DNA of 61,676 nt, counting the filler, from Sluysia triapertura (Eukaryota): the NCBI GenBank assembly GCA_046118255.1. It is 4 parts of 4 records of this genome, joined end to end, with 100 filler letters (N's around TTAATTAATTAA, not from the genome) between each part and the next. Parts side by side here need not be neighbours in the genome. Positions count along the whole stretch, not along the records: positions 31,100 to 50,082 come from JBJNIA010105319.1; positions 50,183 to 61,676 come from JBJNIA010184124.1; 2 more parts are not named here. One strand, written 5' to 3'. Under the pieces are notes generated by a model that was not told the DNA's origin, ran no database searches, and saw nothing but the letters and a program-made list of their open reading frames with translations. Position numbers and translations under genes: made by a program. Shown in pieces: positions 37,181-50,480 of the stretch; the stretch's first letter is position 1; each line of letters begins with the position of its first letter.

Positions 37181-40100
37181 GTAAGTTTAGTGTCAGTTAT
37201 AATTATGTGTAAAGGTTAAATTAAATAAATTTTGTAGCATTTTAAAATAATTATCTGATTAAAATTTGTTTGTCTTTAGAATTGGAAAGCTAGAGTTGAA
37301 GGTTATAATGCTGCCTTTACGGACATGGAAAAAGCAGATGATGGGAAAGATCCTATTTTTAATCCATATTTTAGCTTAGTTAAAAAAATGGTTGTGGATC
37401 CTAATGCTGCAGCTCAGGAAAAAGCATTAGAAGTCGTCGAACTTTATATTCAGACTTCTAATAATGGTTTTAAAGCAGCTTCTGATATATGTCCAGGAAT
37501 AATTGCAAAGTGTTTAAATGCTACTAGACCAAAGACTAAAGAAAAAGGCATTGAAATTTTGAAATTATTAATTGAAGCTGAAAAACACGATGTTGTTATA
37601 GAAGAATTATTCAAGGGATTAAGTATAAAAAATCCGAAAACAATTATTGGATGTGTTAATGTATTAAAAGAATGTTTATGTGATTTTGGTCCGAAAATTG
37701 TATCACCTAAAGAGCTTTTTAAGCATATTCCTAAATTACTGGAAGATCGTGATAAAAACATTCGAGAATCTGGTAAGGAACTCATTGTTGAAGTTTATCG
37801 CTGGATTGGTCGTCAATCTATGGAGCCAATGCTTAGTCAGTTGAAGCAAGTACAGGTCGCAGAAGTTAGTCAGGAGTTTGAAAAACACATTGGAGATAAA
37901 CCTGTTCCTACGAGGTATTTAAAATCGCAAAAACCAAAAGAACCACCAAAACTAGCGAAAGGTAATGGTGAAGTAAATGATCTACAAAATCAACCTGGTG
38001 TAACAGCTCAATATCCAATTTTTGATATATACGATACATTGGATCCTGTTGAAGTTATTAAAAATATTCCGTCCGATTTTTATCAAAAAATTGTAAGTTT
38101 ACCGTTTCAATAAATAATATAAGATTTAGGAAGAGAAAAAATGGACCGAAAGGAGAGATGCATTAGAAGCTGTTGATAAATTAACGAATTATCCAAAATT
38201 AATGCCTGGTGATTATGGTGATATAGTAAAAACGTTGCATAAGGTAATAAATATATGAAATATCATTTGTATTGTTAGGTAATTTCCAAAGATACAAATG
38301 TAATATTGGTCGCTCTTGCTGCCAAGATTTTAGCACAAATCGCACTGGGTTTGCGCAAAAAATTTAATGCTTATGGAATAGAAACGATAAAAATATGTCT
38401 AGAAAAATTTAAAGAGCGAAAAGCAAATGTTGTTAAAACTGTTAGAGATTGCATTGATGCGTCGTATGCTTCAGTGAGTGTTACGTATTTAAATGTATTT
38501 TTCGTAAAAAAACAATTAGTATTATATTTTCTGCAATTTAATTTATCTTTGGTCGTAAGCCTTTTATTTTCAACAATTTTTAATTAATTAACAGCTTTAT
38601 TTTTGTTAAATAAACTCATGATAAACTCATTTTTTAGTTGAATTATTCATTTTCAATATGGTAAAAAAATTCTGAACCAAAGCACGTATTACTGTTAACT
38701 ATTTAAAGCAATGATCTTTAAAAACAAGTAATTATTTTCATTATGCGGATTTCAACTTATTAATTTATATTTTTAAAAGTTAGTATTAGTGTTTAGTAAT
38801 ATTTAACTTTTATGCACATTCTCTAATAACTAATCATTTTAGTATTATAAGCTATTGCATGCATTTTCCGCAAGACAACTTGTAGATGCAAAATATTAAA
38901 TATAGATAGAAATCTTGATAAGCCTTTATTACTAAATTAAGTAAATTATTTTTATAAGGATTAATTTCAGCTTTTTTAAGGCATTCATTTATAAATATTG
39001 CTCAAGCTTTTTGTGAACAAATTCAATATAATTGTGGTACAATTTCATTCCAGTGTCTAATAATTAATGATATGTTTAAAAAATTTTGATTTTGAATTAT
39101 AGTAAAAATAGCTTTTTTTTAGCAATCTTAACTAATTAATTCCAAAGTACATATTCAAATGTTTTATGTTTTGCTGCCATTTTTGTACTTTCAAAATTTA
39201 GGGATTTGTGTGTTGATTACATTAGTGCTACTTTATCACTAATATAATTATTTATAATAAGCCTTTGATATGTGAATACATGTAATTAAAAAAATTATTT
39301 GAATTTATAATTTTTAATGGAAGAAAAACCGGAAACTTATTTTAAAACAATTTCATTTTTCAATCATACAATCCAAATATGACATCAAATTAATTACCTT
39401 CAAAAATTATATATGTACATAAATTATCCTAACAATTGAATACACAATAAATTATATCCTTCATTCACTTTATATTTATGCATTAAATATATACTTTTAA
39501 ATTTCAAAATTTGTCAAGTTTTCAATTTAATTTTTAAAGATTATATTTTCCTTATAATAAAGAAACAACGTAAAGGTATATGCAATGAAGAACTTCTGAC
39601 ATTTCTTGACGTATTTAAAATCAGCTTCTGCTAAATGTGATATGTGGAATCAAGGTTAGTAAATTCTAGTGTAACGTATAAAAATTCATTTTAAATTAAT
39701 TAATGTAATTTTAATAAGAAATACGTAAGAAAATGTTTAATAAGTGCAGTATTTAAAAAAATATTTCAAATGGTTTTAGTGAGGTTACAGATATTTTAAA
39801 TATCTTAACCATTACTGTTGATTATGTGGTACTATCAGATTACCAAGTCAAATTATATTAAATTGTTAAACATCAGTTATATCCAAACAGAATAAATGTA
39901 CGTGATTCCAAATTGCTTGAAACGAACAATTGTCAAATACGTTTCAAAATTATGAGATAACATTATGTTAGACTGGACTGTCTCTTTCACAATTCTAACG
40001 ATTAATGTTTGCAGTAAAACTGCAAACATATAGTAATTTCTGCTACTGAATTTTGTCCAATAGCTTATTCTTTAATTTCTCTGTAGTTATAATAGCCAAT

Positions 40101-40252
40101 TTATATTAAAACAGTAAGTATACTAAATACTACATAATCATACAATTATTTTTATTTTTCATTTAATTTTCATACAATTATAATATTATATTTACGTACA
40201 TAATTTTCACCTTGTTATGTTATTGTTTAGTAAATACATAATATGTTAATAT

Positions 40253-40304
<52 letters not shown>

Positions 40305-40920
40305 AGCGATTGAATTTTTTTTTGAAATGTACTGTATTGACTCACTTTGCAAACTACGAGATATTTCTTGGGTAGATGTTTGTATTTGTGTCGCTCGGCA
40401 GCGAAAGTCTTAATGAATATTTTTCGAAATATTTGTCTTTAAAAATGGTGTAAAAAGGAAAGTTGTCACAAATTAATAATTAAATATTTATTAGGTTACT
40501 CTTGATGCATGCCTGGATGATATACAAGCAGCTTTGGATCACAAGACTCCTTCTGTAAGAACTGAAACAGTTAATTTTATAAATCGAATAATCGAAAATA
40601 GTACAACAGAAACTTTACCTAAGAAACATCTACGAATATTAGCAACACAATTAGTTAAATATTGCATGGACAGTGTGCCAGAAGTGAGAGATGCATGTTT
40701 TCAAGCTCTTGGAACTGCTACTTATGTAATAGGAGAAAAGCCTTTAAAACCTTATTTGGAAGGCCTGGATGCGGTTAAAATGGTCAGAGTTAATGAATGT
40801 TTTGAGAAATATAAAGCTGAAAAGACCGAAGCTAAAGCTGCTTCTAAGATTTCTTCAACAGTTCCAGAAAATCCACCTGTTGCTGCTGCGCCAACCAGTA
40901 AAACGGATAAAAAATGTTAG

Positions 40921-40967
<47 letters not shown>

Positions 40968-42239
40968 TTAGCTAAAAGTATTTTTAGAAGGTGTTTACTT
41001 ATTAATTATTGTTTTGAGTTCGAAGTTTATGAATGTGATAAAATCGGGTTAAACATGTAGATAGTAGATTTATTTTAATGTGTGTTTGATTGTTTCTTAT
41101 GCTTTAGTAAGCATACGTTATATGTTTATATTTTTCGTTCCATTTTATTTATTTGTGAAGTCCACAATTCGAAATCCATAATGCTCGACAATATTTTATA
41201 TAGTGATTATGTCATTGAAGTCTTTTAAAGTGATTTCATTTTTATCAATAAACTTTATACATTTTTCTTTGTACTCAATATGTTAGTTTTATGCTTTATT
41301 AGTGTAGTTGAAAATCGCAAATAATAACGTATTAAAATATTTTTTATTTGATATTGAGTACTTTATTAAACATTGTTTTATTTTTTATAGCAACTGCAAA
41401 TGATACTGATAAGAAAACCAAACTTAAAACTACACTAGTTAAAAAGGGCCCGATTAAACTATCTGGCCAGAAAGACCATGAAAATAATAAAGGACAGACA
41501 ATACCAACTGAACCATTGATGTCAGAAGAAGATGCTATTATGAAAGTTACAGAGTTTGTTTTCATTTACGTTATATCCGATTTTTGTTTTGAGATTCTTT
41601 AAGTTATCTTTTATATTTCTGGAAAATTAAGAAGATTAGAGACATGTAACATATAATATTTTAAGAAATAAAAATGAATTATTTATAAAAATGTAGATTT
41701 ATATGTAGATTTTGGAGTTTGAAGTCAAAATTATTATGGATTATTCTTAAACATCATCGAATGTGTAAAATAAAATCAAATTATGAGTTTGATTAAAATT
41801 ACATGAAATTTTATTAAAATGAGAACTCGAATTATTTGTAGCGACAATAGCATGTTTTTGAAAAACTTGTTAATTTTAAATGAAATATATGGTAAATTTT
41901 TGTAGTTCTAATTTATAACAGTGATATTTTACTAAAGCATGCTCATTCGTTAAGTGATTATTTTAAATTAATTGTCATTTTGCGTTATTGACTAGTTTTT
42001 TAATTATATCACTTTCTAGAATATAAGTTCAACACAAACAATTCTGTGATAAAAGAATCGTTACGTGTTACTTACATTCGTAGTAATCACTAAAAGAAAA
42101 AAATATAATCAAATTATCTGCAATTTTTGTATTTCCAATTGGAAGAAACAGTCTTTATACTGTAATCATAACCAAACGTTTACGTTGTATTAATTCAGTA
42201 TACAAAAGTGCAAAAGCCGTCTTGAACACTTTGTAAGTA

Positions 42240-42295
<56 letters not shown>

Positions 42296-45200
42296 TTATA
42301 CAAATATTCATGTTAAAAATTGATTCAGAGATTCTTTATTGTGATACATTAAAATCGGAGCCTTCATGCATACATGCGATAGTTAGATCATTTCAATTTT
42401 AAAAATATTATTATTAATTATTATTAATATTAATTATTATTAATTATTATTAATATTATTAATTTGAACTAATTAATTTGGTTGAAGTGGAGCGTTTAAA
42501 TTTAAAAGGACAAATTTATATTTCTGATGCTTAAGACTTGTAAGTATCTGATTTAACCTATTAAATTCAAAATTAAAATATTCGTATTAAAAGATACCGA
42601 TTTGATAGATGGGATTAGGTTGTTCTGCTGATTATCAGAGTTGTTGCTGGTTTGAGATTGTACCGGTTGACGTCCTTGATTACCCACTTTGTTTATCTGG
42701 TTGCAATAAATTAGGATTTTCTAGTGATAATCAAACTTTGTCGCCTCCTTTGTAGGTTAGCATCGCATCGAGGTTGGAGAAATACTTTTGAAGATGCCTT
42801 GAGGCGTCTGCGCCAAATAGTTCATATGGCATAGGCGCATTGGTTCCGCAAACAATATTATTGGGAGTTTTCCAGAAGTTTCAGTAAATCTTTGAATAGT
42901 TCGGATTCTAACTGGCTTCCATGATCTGTAATAATTATTCTTTTAGTTATTCTAAATCTTACAATCCAAAGGATAAGTAATATTCTGGATTTACGTAGTA
43001 ATAAGTCGTAAGGGAATTGTCTCTGGTCAACAGCTGTGCTGATCTATAATTTTTAAATTTGGAAGACATACTAAGTTGGAAAGGATTTCCGGCTTAGTAT
43101 GTCTTACGATCTTAACGGACTGAGAAACTAAACAGGCTTTATACCAGTGTTTAATGTCATTACACAAAAGGCCGTACAACTTTTGAGCGCTTTTACTCTG
43201 GATGAGTTATATTGTGAATATATTCAAAGGCTTTTACGCAAAATGCCCGACGGTTGGTTTTCGGAGTAGATATCTTCATGGAGTATAGAATTTATGCTAA
43301 AGCGCGAGATATGTTAGAGATCTTCGATCGTAAACATTGGTAGGAAATCTATACTTTTTCTACCAAAAATAAAGCATCATCAAATACGTTTTAATGTTCC
43401 GGATGCGTTCAATGTCGAAAATGAATTGGGACAAATAATTAATGTGGTATTATGGTGATGGAATTTTCATGTCATTTTTTAACTTGTGGCTTGCTAAATT
43501 ATAAAGTTGTAAAACTCGCTAAGGTTTGCGATAGTCTGGACAAGAACCTGCAATAATTAATCAGGAAATTTCGCTTTTGGTTGTGGTTGTAGTTGTGATC
43601 AACAGTGACAGCAGAAATATTGTATTCTAGAAATGCCATTTATTTTATATAGAATTGGCATTTCTGCGGTTTAATGATTATCTGGAAGTCGTTAAAAAGT
43701 TTGATCCAGATATTTCTGATGTAATCTTGTATTTAGTGATTATGTTATGATGTCATCTATATAAAGCACCATTTCGGTGATTTATACTGATTAATTTTAT
43801 TAATTAATTTCTTTATTAATTCAGTCTATATTCATTATCGAAAACTTTATTATTGTGCTTAAGACACTTAACTTTACGTTGAAATTGAATTTTATTGTTA
43901 ATTAATTCATTAAACATGAATCACAAATTATAAATTTCGTAATTTACATTACTAAAAGTAAAATAACAAAAACAAGTTTTATTATGGTTATAAGTAAACA
44001 AATATGTTGAGGGTTTATAACAATGCCCGCGGATAAATTTTAAATCAAAATGAACTAAATGTTTTCTTAATGATACTAACACATCGACATGACCTCAAGG
44101 TGTTTCTGGTCGAATAGTCCAACAATGTTAAAGTAGATCAGATGGTAAGACTAACAGAAATACAGTTTTCTGAAGATTTTAAAATATATAAGACCATTAA
44201 CATGGAAACCATTAACTTACCGAATTACCTTAAAATAATTATCGACTTTATTACGAACGTCACAGTCTTTACAAAGATTAATATTAAAATTTATCGTTAT
44301 GAAAAATTGATTAATAATATTATAAAATTTAAAATTTTTATTTTAATACTCAGGATTATCAATGCATTTTTAAAATGCTAAAGAATAAGTGTAATGAAAT
44401 CCTTATCTTTAAATTTAAACGTAAATTCACACTTTAATTCATTTATGTAAGTCTGAGACAACTTCACTAATATCAAAAGCCTTATGAATACATACTAAAT
44501 TATCTAGTAGATAGTACGCGTCAGAAACAATACAAAAAGTAATTCTAATGTTAAAATCATTAATAATCTTAAAAAAATTAAATAACAAGTCATATTAATT
44601 ATCCAAACAAACTAAGTTCTGTGACTGTCTTGGCATAATCAGTACTTTATTCATGTGATTTGAAATGTAACTATGATTTCTGTAATGAAGCACAGTATTA
44701 TTAGATTGTGAATCGAGCGTAACTCGTTACATAAAATATAATATAATATAAAATAAAATATACATGGCGCTCCAAGATCCGAAATTCATTCCAAAAACTT
44801 TTGGACCGAAATAATTATTGTCATAATTTAAATTGTGTACCAGCATTAATTTTTCAATTTTTTTTAAAGATTCGCCATTTGATTGAATGATTAAAGTGTT
44901 GATAAAACGGTAAATATAATATAGGAAAATTTCTTTATGTAATTTATGTATGATTGGAATTAATATATTATTATTTTTTGGACTTCATTTTACTATACTA
45001 ATATTTATACATTTTTAATTATGTTTTCAGTTTATTTGGTGAATCATTTATAACGCAGTTAACTGACAAGAATTATAAACAACGTCTTGCAGCAATGGAA
45101 AAAATTCAACAATATGTTAATGAACAAGAACCAAGTGTATTACCATGTCAACTTATAACAAGGCTCACGAATATCAAGCCTGGTTTGAAGGACAATAATA

Positions 45201-48200
45201 TTATGGTTAGACGAAATCATTTTAAGTCAGTATTTGTTACATCATTCGATTTTCGCTTCATTTTGGCATTATTTTAGAGAATATTTCATCTATATTTATT
45301 TTTCGATTTATAAAGCTATTGCCTAGCCACTTTTTGTATTCATAAGAGCTACTTATTATAAGATCGACATATCAACAAGGAAGAGGTCAGTGTACAATAC
45401 ATATTGTTTACACTGTGTAACACATTAAGTCAAGATATTGCGAGTGATGGATTTGTTGGTCTAGATAACCTGAAATTCTATTTATTAGGAAGTTCAAATT
45501 TACTTCATACCTTTTGAACTTTGACATAGTTCTAAGCATTTAAGCAGATGGATTGGGTATATATACTTTTATGTTATGTACCGGTTTGTTCACTCATTCC
45601 TATTTCATTTTTTGACTAGAATTGTGGTTACTATTTGAACCATATAGCTCAAAATTTAAATTTGTAATAATAAAAATGAACTGTTAAATCATTAGATTTT
45701 CAAAAGTGTCCTATTCATTCACTATTCATTCACTATTCATTCCTATTCATTTATTACCACCTATACATAAAATATGTGATTCGTACAACATATAACATCA
45801 CAAGTTTATTGTCAATAATGCAGCTGCATATGTAGTATGAATTTGTAAAATAATTGCAAAAATAAGTCGATGTGAAAGGGCTAACATTTGTTGTTGAATA
45901 AATTTCCTTTTTAATGAATGTAATAGTACCATGTGAAGACGATAATATTTCTGCCTTTGTATACTATAACACTGACATGCTCGAATTTGGGCTAATGCCA
46001 TTTTTTAAAGATTATTAATTATAATGTTTTTGTCGATTTATAATTTTATAATTTTGTTTTTAAACAAATTTCACAAATTTCTGGGTTAAGGTATTTTATA
46101 AATCATTTTGTAATTTTGTTATAAGTACCTTCGTGTTTTGCGATATTAACTTAATTTAGTCTGATTTTAGCAAATTTTGAGAACACGGAGCTTCAGGATA
46201 AAAACTTTCTAGTGCTAGCAACGTAGTCCAAAAAATTTTTCCATGGTGTGATATAGTTTTCGCATGTTCGTGTAGGATACAAGAAAAGTAGGAATTGTCG
46301 TCTTTTATATATTTAATAATTTAATATGTTTTGTATATCATTTTGATGTACGTACATTTTATCACTCGTAAAATAAACCCAGAATTGGTTTTCTAAATTT
46401 AGATTTAGATAAAACCAGTTACCAATTGTATGGCAGCATTTTATGATCGGTAAAATAATAAAAATTAACATAAAATTAAATTAATAAATAAGTCAAAACA
46501 GAAATATAATTTATTTTTTACAAAACCTTTGAGAATATTTAATTAGTACTTACTGAAATATGTACTAAAATATATCAGAGTTATAATAAAAATGAGAAGG
46601 TTAAATACTTCGTCTGACATATGTATTATTTAGGCGAATTTTATTTACTACTTGAAATATTTCATTTTAATATCTAAATTACTTTTAGGTTTTAAAATTG
46701 AAAATAGACGTTATAAAAACTGTGGTATCTAAAGGTAAATTATCGTGGACAGCAATCGAATTTTGTATACCAGAACTAACAGACAAAATCGGAGATATAA
46801 AGAATTGCGTTCAAGTTAAAAATATTTTAACAGAAATAAGTGATGTTTTGGAATTAGAAATGGTAGCAGAACAGGTTATTAAGACAGCCAGTGAAAATGT
46901 TAATGTGAAAAATATTGTCGAAACTTTAAATTGGCTTAGTGATTCGTTACAAGACTTCGGTTTTCGAATTTCTCTCGATAAAATGTTACCTTTTATCAGA
47001 CAAACTTTGTCTCACACAACACCTGCAGTGCGCCAAGCCAGTATCAAGCTAGTTGGAGTGATTTCTTTATTCATTCGAGATTCAATTGCAAAAATGTTAG
47101 AAGCAGAGAAGCCCGCTATTAAGCAGTTGATTGATCAAGAAATAGAAAACATGCGGAATGCATCTCCTCCACAACCAACTCGAGGTATTAAAAAAGGTGA
47201 AAGTGTTACACTCAACGGGGAAGTTAGTGCTAGTGCTGATTATACCGACAAGAAAAGAGATGACCATATTACCTCGAATGATATCGATGATATGATTCCA
47301 CGAGATAATATTAGGTAAAATTTTTGATATATCTATTTTTGAAGTTTTTTTTATAAATATCTTAAGGGTTATACTTATTCTTTGATATAATTAAATTTTA
47401 TTAAATAAAATTTATAAAATTTAGTAGAAATTGCAGCATTCAATGTGCTTTAGTTTTGACTGCATATCTGAAACAGATTTTAATGATACATTAAATTTAG
47501 TTTTTCGCTTAAGTTGTTGGCGTTTTGGAAATTAGTTTATGTAAGTGTCCAGAATCTTCAAACCAAAATATACAAGATAGTCGAAATGTCATGAAATACA
47601 TTAGATAAAGTTTCTGGATGTGGTCCAGTGTCATCTTTAATTAACATTCCAGAAACTTAACATTAAAAAATCATGTACATAGCACATTACACAATTAAGA
47701 CCATTTATAATATAATTTTCGCACTTTTTGAAATACTTCAGACAAAACTAAGGCCAAACATGATGGTACTTTTTCTTAGCATCATTATCACATTCTAATT
47801 CCATTTCTTGCAAGAAAGGCATTTGAAACGCTTCTATGATTATTGTGGTAAATTTTAAATCAATTTTTAAATCAATAAGAAATTTGATATCAGTTTACTT
47901 TACAACCAGAACTAACGAGAACACCCTTCATATTATTCTACTTCAATTATGTGATCATTTAGTAATATATCCAGATATATTTTCACTTTGTGTACTATTC
48001 ATCATGGGTACAGCACTTTGGCTCCACAAATTCATTTACCAGAATCTTAGACACCATATAATTAAAGTCTTTAAGCTTTAAGTCAGACATTCCTAATTTA
48101 ATACCATTGAATTTAATAACATTTACCAATATAGTGATGAGACCTAACATCTAATTCATAAAATGTAGTGTTCACATTACCATTTATTAATACCTGGATT

Positions 48201-49751
48201 ATTTGATTTGGTTGGTATTCCTGACATAATCTTAATAAATTCATCTTCATTCAGTGTCTTTAATTCAAATTCATTTATTTTCTTTTAGATTTCTAATTCA
48301 ATATTTGACTTAACAGTATTTTTATTTTTTCAATTTTGGCAAAAAATTTAAGGTAATATAAGGCTTTTTCTTAAATGAAGTTGTGAATTATGATCATTTG
48401 TGTGAATGTTGAATTAACAAAGTAATAATACATTATATAATAATAATAATTATTATGCTCTGTAGTATCTACAAAATAAATTATTTTAATTATTTATAAG
48501 TGAACGTTAAAGTAGTTATTAAGGTGTTAAGCAAGATAAGAATAGTACATAATCTAGGCTTTTTGGTTTTTGTAATGTCATTAATGTTTTAAGCTAATGT
48601 AAAACAAAAGCTGTAAAAAGTATTAAGAAAATTCTTTATAATTTATACTTACATTAACTATTTTGATCCATACATTATAGTAATGAATAAAATAAAATGA
48701 ATAATTAACATAAAGAAATAGCATTTAAATAAGCATTTTCTAATTGATATCAAAAAATAATTAATAATTTGATCATAGTCAAAATATGAAGATAAACCAT
48801 ATATTATAACATAATCTTTATTGCATTTAGTGATAAAATAACAGAAAATCTTGTAGAAAAATTCAATGATAAAACTTGGAAAATAAAAAAAGAAGCATTT
48901 GATACTTTGTCGTCTATTTTAACTGGTCATGCTGGAATATCGGCTGAAGGTTTAAGTCAACTTTTAACTGCCCTGGCTAAAAATACAGGTGACTCATCTG
49001 CAATTGTGAAGAAGTTGGCCCTCGAAGCTTTATCTAACTTTTCGAAGTTATTCTCAAAACGTGATTGTGAAAAGTGTGCCAGAATCATTATTCCTAGTTT
49101 ACTCTCTAGTTGTGCTGATGCTAAACCGAAAAATCGTGAAGAATCATTAGCAACATTAAGTTTGTGGTGTGATAAAATCGGGTTTGGTCTTTGTTGTGAT
49201 GGTTCTATGATCACAGAAGCTATGAAAATAGATAATCCTTATCAACGTTCGTCCATACTAATTTGGATGACACCGTATTTGAAATCTATTGGTGCAAATC
49301 CAAAAGAAGCAAAGAAAGTACTACCTCCTGAATTTGGTAGTGAAATAATGCCATCATTTTTCGGATGTTTAGAAGACAGAAATCCAGATGTCAGAAAGGC
49401 TGCTCAAGATGCATTAGTATCCTTGATGTCAGTATTGGGTTTTGATCAAATGATGAAATTTCACAATGCTAACACTAAACTTGCTTCAAAAGAAAACATT
49501 AAACAATTTTTAGAAAAAGCAAAAGAACAGTTACCAAAACCGGTACCAACACATGCACCAAAGCAACAAAATCATACTGCAGAAAACAATGAGAATGCGG
49601 AGAAAAAACAATCAGAAGAAGCGTCACAAAAAAATATAAAAGATGACAAAAAGGTTTGTTTCGATATTACATGTATTTTATTTTGGCGTTAATCTTATTT
49701 TCATTTCTAAAGAAATCACGACAATCTGTACTCGGTAAAACTAAAGGAAAG
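37124..49751 (+). CDS. CKAP5: XMAP215/ch-TOG/Mini spindles microtubule polymerase: spliced gene span, 10 exons, 1142 codons, TOG1-TOG4, 3'-incomplete
   Basis: N-terminus MGDNDDWKNLPTLDKIEHK|NWKARVEGY. HEAT/TOG repeats KNPK, EEKKWTERRDALEA, KDTNV, KPGLKDNN, DKIGDIK, DKTWKIKKEA and CLEDRNPDVRKAAQ. All nine introns are GT-AG with consistent phases. Confidence 0.95.
37280..38092 (+). CDS. CKAP5: CKAP5 exon 2 (TOG1)
   Basis: TTTAG|AAT TGG AAA ... AAA ATT|GTAAGT; in frame with ORF 37325. Confidence 0.93.
38130..38243 (+). CDS. CKAP5: CKAP5 exon 3 (start of TOG2)
   Basis: EEKKWTERRDALEAVDKLTNYPKLMPGDYGDIVKTLHK, flanked by 37-nt and 35-nt introns. Confidence 0.9.
38279..38473 (+). CDS. CKAP5: CKAP5 exon 4
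   Basis: VISKDTNVILVALAAK...DASYAS|GTGAGT. Confidence 0.9.
40495..40915 (+). CDS. CKAP5: CKAP5 exon 5
   Basis: TTAG|GTT ACT CTT: VTLDACLDDIQAALDHKTPSVR...DSVPEVRDA. Phase-1 donor T|GTTAGA inferred from the phase of the next exon. Confidence 0.85.
41391..41553 (+). CDS. CKAP5: CKAP5 exon 6 (TOG2-3 linker)
   Basis: TTTTTTATAG|CA ACT ... PTEPLMSEEDAIMKVT GA|GTTTGT; phases 1 and 2 match the neighbouring exons. Confidence 0.8.
42590..43730 (-). mobile_element. Decayed gypsy pol remnant, antisense in CKAP5 intron 6
   Basis: Minus strand VLYIDDII (RT catalytic motif) and IIKPQKCQF..MAFLEYNIS, followed by degenerate downstream pol sequence. Confidence 0.7.
45031..45205 (+). CDS. CKAP5: CKAP5 exon 7 (start of TOG3)
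   Basis: TTTTCAG|T TTA: LFGESFITQLTDKNYKQRLAAMEKI...KPGLKDNNIM|GTTAGA. Confidence 0.88.
46689..47314 (+). CDS. CKAP5: CKAP5 exon 8 (TOG3)
   Basis: TTTTAG|GTT TTA AAA: VLKLKIDV...DKIGDIK...LNWLSDSLQDFGF...DDMIPRDNI AG|GTAAAA. Confidence 0.92.
47560..48330 (-). mobile_element. Decayed non-LTR (LINE) RT fragment in CKAP5 intron 8
   Basis: Minus-strand pieces EFIKIMSGIPTKSNNPGI, SNAFLARNGIR (region of the GVRQG motif) and VMCYVHD (YADD-like). Confidence 0.5.
48831..49653 (+). CDS. CKAP5: CKAP5 exon 9 (TOG4)
   Basis: TTTAG|T GAT AAA: DKITENLVEKFNDKTWKIKKEA...CLEDRNPDVRKAAQ...DDKK|GTTTGT. Confidence 0.92.
49713..49751 (+). CDS. CKAP5: CKAP5 exon 10 (39 nt)
   Basis: TTTCTAAAG|AAA TCA CGA...GGA AAG|GTGAGT. 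KSRQSVLGKTKGK is a basic linker, phase 0-0. Confidence 0.7.
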
Positions 49752-50182
49752 GTGAGTTTTTTCTTCATTCTTTTGTGCTTTTTATTGCATTTTTATTTGC
49801 TTGCTTTTTTGTCGTGCTTAGTAACAATTTATAATTATTACTATTATTAAGACACGCACTTTTTAAATTCAAATGATTTTCTGAACCTTTCACGGCGAAA
49901 ATTACATTTTGACAAAAAAATAAAATATATTTTTTGTTATAACTAAAGTAACAACACATTAATAAGTGCGTTAACATTAGGTTAAATTCTCTTATTTGTG
50001 AAAGAGATGATACTGCCACTACTGCTATTCCTACTGCTACTCAACTGCTACTACCATTACTGTTACTACTACTACTAATATANNNNNNNNNNNNNNNNNN
50101 NNNNNNNNNNNNNNNNNNNNNNNNNNTTAATTAATTAANNNNNNNNNNNNNNNNNNNNNNNNNNNNNNNNNNNNNNNNNNNN

Positions 50183-50480
50183 TAAACTGATTAAGAGGTT
50201 CACTTTCATTGAACCTAATTAAAATATTGACATTGAAAGGTTCGTATAAACGAATCTAAGTAAAATCATTTTATTATATTTTTTTTCTTTTTTAAAATAA
50301 CTAAAATTTATAAAATCCCATTAGACCTCTTAAAATATCAAGTATTAAATTATTAAATTTGATTTTTAATAAACAGTTTTAAAAATCCAAGGGTTGGCCA
50401 TTCATTTTGTAAATCCAATACGCTGGTGGACTCACCTTTTATAGTTTTTATTCACACGCAGATCTTACAGTTCTCTTGTT
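50183..50480 (-). repeat. Family B structured repeat, inverted copy, with two palindromes before the gap
   Basis: Reverse complement GTGAGTCCACCAGCGTATTGGATTTACAAAATGAATGGCCAACCCTTGGATT, followed by AGATTC-N8-GAACCT and AGGTTC-N9-GAACCT. Confidence 0.7.

Noticed and set aside
37450-37785. Antisense ORFs over CKAP5 exons (also 48957-49214 and 41344-41565)
   Set aside because: Shadow frames of the real + strand exons.
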